Below, piece by piece: positions 57,809 through 64,000 of a DNA stretch of 64,000 bases. Both the position numbers and the translations under genes were made by a program. Each line of letters opens with the position of its first letter. Within the stretch, counting starts at the first letter, position 1. The notes under the pieces were generated by a model that saw nothing but the letters and a program-made list of their open reading frames with translations, was not told the DNA's origin and did not search any database. The stretch is from assembly GCA_964593885.1 (NCBI GenBank), contig CAZQKK010000001.1, forward strand, positions 297,929-361,928. Direction: 5' to 3'. This DNA is from an uncultured Candidatus Saccharibacteria bacterium. Lineage in GTDB: Bacteria > Patescibacteriota > UBA1384 > CAILIB01.

Positions 57809-58114
57809 CTACATTGGCGCAGTCTCGTACACGTTTACAGAGCAGCCTGGGGTATTAGCCATTGGGCAGGTCATTGCCATTTCTACGGCCTTCTTCAGGT
57901 CTGTAGCCTTCACAACGGTGTAGCCGGCAGCGGTGGTTCTGTCCATGGTCACGACGCCATTCTTGATCTGAGCCTCTGCATCTGGTGCGAAGGGATTTCC
58001 GCCATCAACAACGGCATCGCCGAGACTATCAAACCATGTGCCCCAAGCGGCATTGCTTTCGTCGGTATCAGTAGTAGCGGTCTCAACGTGGAAAATGTAC
58101 ACGAAGTTCTTCAT
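57809..58114 (-). CDS. Hypothetical small protein, possibly dimeric alpha/beta-barrel (YciI/Dabb-like)
   Basis: Size and hydrophobic pattern only. Confidence 0.35.
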   Translation of the reverse strand: MKNFVYIFHVETATTDTDESNAAWGTWFDSLGDAVVDGGNPFAPDAEAQIKNGVVTMDRTTAAGYTVVKATDLKKAVEMAMTCPMANTPGCSVNVYETAPM

Positions 58115-58124
58115 TGTAGCCTTT

Positions 58125-58469
58125 CTACCCTTGCGGGTGCTGGTTAGTTAAACGGTTAATGTGGTTTTCAAGGGTCTCTTGGTCGCTACCCCAGTGGGCA
58201 TTGAATAGTGAGATCCAATCTTTTGCTCCCTGGAGCGATGTCCTGCCAATGGCGACAAAGTTTGTTCGCCCCACCTTCTTGCGCTGGATCAGACCAGCTT
58301 CTTCCAAGATCCTCACGTGCTTGTGCATGGCGGGGAGTGAGATGCTATGCTCCCTTGCGAGGCTTCCTACGGTTTCGGGACGAAACGAGAGGCTCAGGAG
58401 CATGCTGCGGCGCTTGCTGTGGCTGAGCGCTGCGAAGATGACATCGAGTTTCTCTGGGGAAGATGGCAT
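58125..58469 (-). CDS. ArsR/SmtB-family transcriptional regulator
   Basis: LDVIFAALSHSKRRSMLLSL...VGSLAREHSISLPAMHKHVRILEEAGLIQRKKVGR wHTH. Confidence 0.75.
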   Translation of the reverse strand: MPSSPEKLDVIFAALSHSKRRSMLLSLSFRPETVGSLAREHSISLPAMHKHVRILEEAGLIQRKKVGRTNFVAIGRTSLQGAKDWISLFNAHWGSDQETLENHINRLTNQHPQG

Positions 58470-58558
58470 GGAGAGATAGTTAACTCACAAGTTAACTATA
58501 GGCTATATTTACCCAACGTCAAGTACTACGATTAGCCTATAATCTGTAAGCTACCCGT

Positions 58559-58972
58559 ATGGAAATCAGCATCTGGGGAGTTGTTGCGGCGACAATTGTG
58601 CAGTTCATAGTAGGGATGATCTGGTACACCGGGATCTTTGGCAAGATTTGGGGTGAGATGCACGGTTTCGACAAGCTGAGTAAGGAGAAGCAGAAGGAAA
58701 TGATGGGCCAGATGGCGCCGTTCTACGGGTTCCAGCTAGCGGTCACCATCCTAACTGCAGTGGTGCTGGCTAAGCTCATGGTGGTACTCCCAGAGTACTC
58801 TCTCTACAGCCTAGCGGTTATGGTCTGGATTGGTTTTGTCGTTCCAACCCAGTACTCCGCGGTGGCTTTTGGTGGCACTGAGCCAAAGTGGATTGTGAAG
58901 AAGATGCTCGTGATGACACTTGGAACCCTCGCTTGCCTCTTGGCTGGTGCGTGGGTGCTCCAAATGGTGTAA
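58559..58972 (+). CDS. DUF1761 family membrane protein
   Basis: MEISIWGVVAATIVQFIVGMIWYTGIFGKIW; divergent from ArsR. Confidence 0.55.
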   Translation: MEISIWGVVAATIVQFIVGMIWYTGIFGKIWGEMHGFDKLSKEKQKEMMGQMAPFYGFQLAVTILTAVVLAKLMVVLPEYSLYSLAVMVWIGFVVPTQYSAVAFGGTEPKWIVKKMLVMTLGTLACLLAGAWVLQMV

Positions 58973-58981
58973 GGAGGAAGT

Positions 58982-59215
58982 ATGGAGCGAGTCTACTCAT
59001 CTCCAGATTTGGGTGAGGTTACAAAGATTGCCTCGGTACTTGAAGAGGCTGGTATTCCGGTGGTGGTTGGCAACAGCGCGTTGCCAGGTTCTGGGCTTGG
59101 TGCACACTTTGGGGTGGCTAGCTGGCCAGAGGTGAGGCTACAGCGCCCCGAAGACCTGGCAAGAGCCCAGGAAATCATCTCAGATTGGACTGATGATAGA
59201 GAGATAGAGGACTAG
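58982..59215 (+). CDS. DUF2007-like small protein
   Basis: MERVYSSPDLGEVTKIASVLEEAGIPVVV. Confidence 0.4.
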   Translation: MERVYSSPDLGEVTKIASVLEEAGIPVVVGNSALPGSGLGAHFGVASWPEVRLQRPEDLARAQEIISDWTDDREIED

Positions 59216-59216
59216 C

Positions 59217-59247
59217 AAAAAAGCTCCCCGGCCGGGGAGCTTTTTTT
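59217..59247. terminator. Bidirectional rho-independent terminator (perfect 10-bp palindromic stem)
   Basis: aaaaaagctccccggccggggagcttttttt. Confidence 0.7.
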
Positions 59248-59250
59248 GTG

Positions 59251-59613
59251 CTACTTTGCGCGGTACTCGTTCACCCTGAACCTCACCATTTCCGTAATCA
59301 GGGGAATGGGGAGGGGTTTGCTGTTGGGAAACTTTGCGGTAGCTACACCACTCTTGTACGCAGTAACCTCAGGTAGGTGCTCCTCCATCTCTCTCGTGAT
59401 GGGAAAGATGCTTAGGTGCTTGCTGAAGGCAGCAAAGCAGACCATGTTCCCGTTGAGGACGAAGGTTGGCATGTCGTACTTGATTGCTTCAACTGCTTCG
59501 GGTGCTTCTTTTGTTACGATACCTCGTATCGCTAGCAGTTTTTCCTGTACTTCCTTAGGAAATGAGGCGATGTACTGATCAATAGATGTAGCAACAGGCT
59601 TACCTTTTTCCAT
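59251..59613 (-). CDS. DUF1801 (YdhG-like) domain protein
   Basis: SIDQYIASFPKEVQEKLLAIRGIVTKEAPEAVEAIKYDMPTF. Confidence 0.55.
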   Translation of the reverse strand: MEKGKPVATSIDQYIASFPKEVQEKLLAIRGIVTKEAPEAVEAIKYDMPTFVLNGNMVCFAAFSKHLSIFPITREMEEHLPEVTAYKSGVATAKFPNSKPLPIPLITEMVRFRVNEYRAK

Positions 59614-59616
59614 ATG

Positions 59617-60042
59617 CTACTTGCTAGAGATGTTTACCATCCAATCAATGCCAAACCTGTCAGTAAGGGTACCAAAGGTATCTCCCCATGATTCAACCTG
59701 CAGTGGAGAGGTAACGGTTCCGCCTTCAGATAGCTTCTTGAAAACGGCGGTAATGCTTTCACTATCAGTTCCGTTGAGCGAAAGGGAGATGCAGCTCATT
59801 TCGTAGGGGGTTGTCCTGGTGCTATCGCACCCCATGAGGTTAATTTCGCCGCCAGATAGGTCGGCGTGCATAATACCGCCACTTCCGTTTGGAGAAGTGA
59901 CAAGCTTACCGCCAAAAACATCTTTGTAGAATTCCATTGCCTGTGCGCAGGTTCCTGGGAAGAACAGGTAGGGGTGGAGGTGCATAGGTACGAACTTAGG
60001 ATACGTGTTGCTATGAGTATAGCGAAACAAAGACGCCAGCAT
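59617..60042 (-). CDS. VOC/glyoxalase-superfamily protein (PhnB-like)
   Basis: HPYLFFPGTCAQAMEFYKDVFGG...LMGCDS pattern. Confidence 0.55.
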   Translation of the reverse strand: MLASLFRYTHSNTYPKFVPMHLHPYLFFPGTCAQAMEFYKDVFGGKLVTSPNGSGGIMHADLSGGEINLMGCDSTRTTPYEMSCISLSLNGTDSESITAVFKKLSEGGTVTSPLQVESWGDTFGTLTDRFGIDWMVNISSK

Positions 60043-60070
60043 CTGGCGTCTTTGTTTAGTGAAGAGCTAC

Positions 60071-60487
60071 CTACATGAACCAGCCAAGGATCAATCCCAT
60101 CAAGAGCATGGTGACGAGCAGGTTTCCAGAGGTGATAATGAGTACCTTACGATCCCTCGTTTCCATGGTGCCAGTGGTAACAATGCTAGTGAGCGCAAAC
60201 CCAAGCCAGAGCCAGAAGGCGGTGGTGAGGCCTAGCTCAATGCCAGTAGTTCCAGTGCTATTGGAAGCGTAGTTCATGAAGTGGGCGAGTACGTACGCCA
60301 TTACCAGGGACATCACGCCAATGGTTGCCATGTTCTTGACCATGTTCCTCTGCATATCAGCTTCGGTTGTCCCAGTAATCTTCATCCAAGATTTCAGGAA
60401 CATTGACGGACTGTACCAGAATCCACCAACCACGAATGACGAGACTGCAGCCAAGAGTACACCGGGGAGAGAAATGGTTGTCTCCAT
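60071..60487 (-). CDS. DUF1761 family membrane protein (paralogue of 58559-58972)
   Basis: LLAAVSSFVVGGFWYSPSMFLKSWMKITG. Confidence 0.55.
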   Translation of the reverse strand: METTISLPGVLLAAVSSFVVGGFWYSPSMFLKSWMKITGTTEADMQRNMVKNMATIGVMSLVMAYVLAHFMNYASNSTGTTGIELGLTTAFWLWLGFALTSIVTTGTMETRDRKVLIITSGNLLVTMLLMGLILGWFM

Positions 60488-60566
60488 GGGTATTGTTACG
60501 AGTATGACTTGATGGTACAGGCTGGTGTAACCGTCTACAAGTAGCTTTCTTTGGTATACTTACCGC

Positions 60567-60968
60567 ATGGAAAACTACACCCAACCAACAGATTCGGAGT
60601 GGCGAGAGGTCCTCGACAGTGAAAGGTACCGCGTACTGAGAGAGGCGGGTACAGAGCCTGCGTTTCAGAACGAGTATTGGGATAACCACCTAGAAGGCAC
60701 CTACCTGTGTGGGGGGTGTGGACAGGTGCTATTCAGCTCAACCGCAAAGTACGATTCAGGCACCGGCTGGCCGAGCTTTTTTGACACTATTTCGCCCGAA
60801 GTTGTGGAGCTTGCGGGTGATACATCGCATGGAATGGTGAGGGACGAGGTATTATGCTCCAGGTGTAAATCTCACTTAGGTCACGTTTTTGACGATGGTC
60901 CGCTACCAACGCGTAAACGCTACTGCATGAACTCACTGGCTCTGCAGTTTGTCCCGGAGGGTGAGTGA
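60567..60968 (+). CDS. msrB: Peptide-methionine (R)-S-oxide reductase
   Basis: CGGCGQVLFSSTAKYDSGTGWPSF...RCKSHLGHVFDDGP (Zn CxxC pairs). Confidence 0.9.
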   Translation: MENYTQPTDSEWREVLDSERYRVLREAGTEPAFQNEYWDNHLEGTYLCGGCGQVLFSSTAKYDSGTGWPSFFDTISPEVVELAGDTSHGMVRDEVLCSRCKSHLGHVFDDGPLPTRKRYCMNSLALQFVPEGE

Positions 60969-61501
60969 ACCTGGAGGTTATCACCCTCGGTGGCGGTTGC
61001 TTCTGGTGCATTGATGCCATCCTCGTTGACCTCAAGGGTGTTGAGAGGGTGGTTTCCGGCTACGCCGGTGGCACGGTAGCTAACCCAACCTACGAGCAGG
61101 TGGTGAGGGGAACTACCGGTCATGCCGAAGTTGTACAGGTTTACTACGATACATCGACCATCACTACCAAAGAGCTACTGCGCGTATTTTTTACCCTCCA
61201 TAATCCCACCACAAAAGACCGGCAGGGCGCTGACGTTGGAAGTCAGTACCGTTCAATGGTACTGACGAGCAATGATGCGCAAGAACGTGACGCACGCGAG
61301 GTAATGGCGGAGGTTGAGGCTGAGCATATGTGGGGGGCTCCACTGGTTACGGAGCTGAAACCACTCGAGGCCTTCTACCCAGCTGAAAACTACCACCAAG
61401 ATTTCTATGCCCAGAACACGCTCCACCCATACTGCCAGGTTGTCATTGAGCCTAAGGTAGCAAAACTGCGCACAATGTACCGAGAGAAGCTTAAAAAGTG
61501 A
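60965..61501 (+). CDS. msrA: Peptide-methionine (S)-S-oxide reductase
   Basis: LGGGCFWCIDAI active site; 4-nt overlap with msrB. Confidence 0.9.
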   Translation: MNLEVITLGGGCFWCIDAILVDLKGVERVVSGYAGGTVANPTYEQVVRGTTGHAEVVQVYYDTSTITTKELLRVFFTLHNPTTKDRQGADVGSQYRSMVLTSNDAQERDAREVMAEVEAEHMWGAPLVTELKPLEAFYPAENYHQDFYAQNTLHPYCQVVIEPKVAKLRTMYREKLKK

Positions 61502-61508
61502 GCGAGGG

Positions 61509-62288
61509 TTACTTCAACAAGAGACGTTTCCAGCGGCGTTGTAGGGCATTCTGTGAGCTTTCAGCGCTATTCCACAGGGTGGTTATGAGTGACCGGTAGC
61601 TGGCAACCATCTCGGGGATATCACTGAGTAGCCAACCTTCAGCTGTTTTCAGGCAAACGGTTGTGTTGGTGAGGAGAATTTCTGGGTGTACCCCTAGTTC
61701 TGAACTATCAAAGTACCGTACGTCTGTTCCGTAGATTCTCTCTTCACTGGCGTATGTAGAGGCGTTTTCAGGTGTGATCGGGGTAAGGGCGTGGAGGGTA
61801 ATCTTTCGTCGCTGGCACTCACGGGGGAGTGAGGTGGTCCCACTGCTTGGGTTGCTAGGGCGCAGGTGGAGTACCTCTCTTGAGGGAGAATGGAAAACAG
61901 TGTCCTGTACGTGCTTTGCCCCCTCAGCATGTTCAAACTGTCTAATTGTTCCGGTGTTACCTCGAGAAAACTGCAGGAGAGAAGGGATGAGAGATTCCAG
62001 GAAAAGTGAGCGTTCTTGTGCAGCTAGCTGATCTGCGGCAACGAGATCACGGAGCTTTGTAGGGTGCGATACCTTGAAACCCTGGCTTTTGCCAAGTTCT
62101 GTTACCAATCCTTGCGAAACGAGGTACCTCAGGTGTGGGTAGATATTGGTCCTCCCGATACCAGATTGCTTTGACAGCTCTGTAGCAGTGAGGCTCCCGT
62201 TCTGTAGAAGGAGCGAATACAGCACAGCCTCACTGGAGTTGAGTCCTACTTTTTCAAGATTTGCGGTGAGATTGCTTGATATGTCCAT
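61509..62288 (-). CDS. TrmB-family transcriptional regulator (N-terminal wHTH + C-terminal sensor-like domain)
   Basis: LEKVGLNSSEAVLYSLLLQNGSLTATELSKQSGIGRTNIYPHLRYLVSQGLV. Confidence 0.55.
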   Translation of the reverse strand: MDISSNLTANLEKVGLNSSEAVLYSLLLQNGSLTATELSKQSGIGRTNIYPHLRYLVSQGLVTELGKSQGFKVSHPTKLRDLVAADQLAAQERSLFLESLIPSLLQFSRGNTGTIRQFEHAEGAKHVQDTVFHSPSREVLHLRPSNPSSGTTSLPRECQRRKITLHALTPITPENASTYASEERIYGTDVRYFDSSELGVHPEILLTNTTVCLKTAEGWLLSDIPEMVASYRSLITTLWNSAESSQNALQRRWKRLLLK

Positions 62289-62380
62289 GTAGAATTATAC
62301 AAAATATTAATCAGTAATATTCTACTTTGTATATTCATGTATGTACATATTATTTGTACCTACCAGGTTGCTACCAACCA

Positions 62381-63181
62381 CTATAAAACCTTACCAAGCG
62401 TCACAAAGTTCTTACTTTCACGTTGCTTTGCTCCAGACTCAACGTTGCCATAGTTTGGGTAGACGAAAGACTCACCTGAGCAGGTAAAAGGATCTGCGTC
62501 TCGTGTCTGACGAGAGATGGTGAAGTTTTGCGGGGAGCCTCCACCTCTCCCAGCGTAGTTGCTGATGAAGAGATTTTCACCTAGGAGTGAGGTGTAGGGG
62601 ACGAGAACACTGCCGTTCTTGATTGTCGCAACCTCAACGGCTACATCTACCACCTGACTTGGTAGCTTGCTGCCAATCCTCTCGCCTGGGGCAACCTTTT
62701 GCCCAGCTGAAACTTCACTGAGGGGGAAGATATGGAAGAGCTTGAAGGTGTAAGCCTGGTGTTCAGATGACCTGATTGTGATCTGCTTTCCCAGGTTAGA
62801 CTGCTCTGATTGTACCTTGGTAATGGTGCCGGCGACTGGGCTGTAGACAGGGACGTTTGTTGCGGGATCGATATCACTAGGGGGAGTGGCATTCCCATCA
62901 AAGAACCCAGACTCGGTTGGGGGCATGAAGTACTGTTTCATACTCCTACAGGTTTCATCTCCTGAGGTGTAACTGTGGCCATAGCCAGATCGGAAACGCG
63001 AGACAGAACCTATAGCGGTCGGGTCTAAGATGTCATGGGTCACAAACCTCGGTAGGTTGGTCTCGTCAACGCTGAGTACTGGCCTGAAATAGGCAAGCGC
63101 GCTGGCGCCTGCAACTACCAGTCCTGTTAGAGATACTCCGATGTAGGTTAGAACTCGCCTTCTTGCTTTAGATGTACGCAT
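62381..63181 (-). CDS. Hypothetical exported protein (signal-anchor), possible degenerate LytM/M23-like beta domain
   Basis: N-terminal RRRVLTYIGVSLTGLVVAGASALA; no intact HxH. Confidence 0.4.
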   Translation of the reverse strand: MRTSKARRRVLTYIGVSLTGLVVAGASALAYFRPVLSVDETNLPRFVTHDILDPTAIGSVSRFRSGYGHSYTSGDETCRSMKQYFMPPTESGFFDGNATPPSDIDPATNVPVYSPVAGTITKVQSEQSNLGKQITIRSSEHQAYTFKLFHIFPLSEVSAGQKVAPGERIGSKLPSQVVDVAVEVATIKNGSVLVPYTSLLGENLFISNYAGRGGGSPQNFTISRQTRDADPFTCSGESFVYPNYGNVESGAKQRESKNFVTLGKVL

Positions 63182-63332
63182 GCATCCAGTGTACGTGGTG
63201 AGGTGTCACTTGAGCAAAAAACCAAGGCAAAGGATTCTCAATTATTGAAGCAATTATAACTACCAGAGCCTTTTTCTTTAGTTCAAATCTGCTATAGTAC
63301 GACATACAGTAACAACGTAGCACCTCTCCCGT

Positions 63333-63758
63333 ATGCGTAATGCAATTATCCTCATCGTACTCGCACTCGTCTTCTTCGCTGCAGGGTGGACAATCTACCG
63401 TTTTGTGACCAAGCGGTCAGAAGAGATTAAGGTTACGGTAAATAACGCGCCGGCTCTCCAGCAGGCACCTACCGCTACTCCAAACACTACTAACCCAGCG
63501 GTTAAGAGTACACCTACACCGCTACCTACCGCTGTTGCCACCGCTACACCCAAGGCAACAACGCCAAAAGTTGGGGGGACAACCGTTGCTAAGGCTACCG
63601 CTACTCCAGCAGCAGGTGGCAAGCTCCCAACTACGGGACCTGGCGAAGTCTCGCTAGTTGTCGTTAGTGCAATGGGACTTGTTGGTGCGATGGCAGGCAG
63701 GCGAGTACAGCTCAAGCGGGGGATTGCTGCAGCGTACCGGTCACAGGGAAAACTGTAG
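63333..63758 (+). CDS. Small Thr/Pro/Ala-rich surface protein with LPXTG sortase-sorting signal (LPTTG + hydrophobic + RRVQLKR)
   Basis: C-terminus GGKLPTTGPGEVSLVVVSAMGLVGAMAGRRVQLKRG. Confidence 0.55.
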   Translation: MRNAIILIVLALVFFAAGWTIYRFVTKRSEEIKVTVNNAPALQQAPTATPNTTNPAVKSTPTPLPTAVATATPKATTPKVGGTTVAKATATPAAGGKLPTTGPGEVSLVVVSAMGLVGAMAGRRVQLKRGIAAAYRSQGKL

Positions 63759-64000
63759 AAATCCTTCAACACTATTTCTTCTGGTTGGACTAGTGCGTAG
63801 TTGCACTAGTCCTTTTTGTTTGAGTGTGCAAACACCATTTCTAGGTATGCTGATGGCTGATTTTGCTGCTCGTAAACCTGGGGAGTACCGAGAAAACTAA
63901 GTTTTTTTGAAATGCGCTACTAGAGCGCACGTCTAGCGGGTGACAGGTTCCAACAGGTTGACTTTGGTTGGTCTCGCTCAGGTATACTAGCTACGTGAAG

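Noticed and set aside
1-64000. CRISPR array, integrase, transposase or restriction-modification genes
   Set aside because: I scanned for regularly spaced direct repeats and for recombinase or methyltransferase/endonuclease signatures and found none. The only methyltransferase (47271-48476) looks like an RNA methyltransferase with no nuclease partner.

Overview
This window looks like a low-to-moderate GC bacterial chromosome segment that spans the replication origin. The core block rnpA-rpmH <- DnaA boxes -> dnaA-[DnaA-box cluster]-dnaN-recF is intact. The gene content fits a small-genome, Gram-positive-like or CPR/Patescibacteria-like organism: a short YidC, an AlaRS lacking the C-Ala domain, family-4 UDG, RNase J, an LPXTG protein, and a giant ORF next to a PilB ATPase. 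Housekeeping genes dominate the window, including yidC/yidD, RNase J, a cell-wall/shape block (pbp2-mreDCB-mltG-ruvX-X-ftsA), alaS, greA, lysS, serS, secA, dnaE, rpmA, rplS, gltX, ndk and msrBA. There are two tRNAs, a type-II tRNA-Ser on the minus strand and tRNA-Gln on the plus strand. Each is followed by a ~130-170 bp module that ends in a direct copy of the tRNA 3' end and contains an inverted T-arm-like fragment and a hairpin. This looks like att-site or MITE-like scars at both loci. The most unusual content is: (1) a 5'-truncated giant ORF (>1915 aa, C-terminal TM segment) immediately upstream of a PilB/GspE ATPase; (2) a bitopic 619-aa protein in the position normally held by ftsZ, directly after ftsA; (3) a 604-aa protein with four tandem ~75-aa repeats that opens an accessory region next to tRNA-Gln (52.4-63.9 kb), followed by ArsR, two DUF1761 proteins, DUF1801, VOC, MsrBA, TrmB and an LPXTG protein; (4) a Phd/YefM-like domain fused to a Pro/Ala-rich tail with no toxin partner; and (5) a membrane-anchored HTH protein co-transcribed with secA. 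I found no CRISPR array and no recognisable integrase or transposase.
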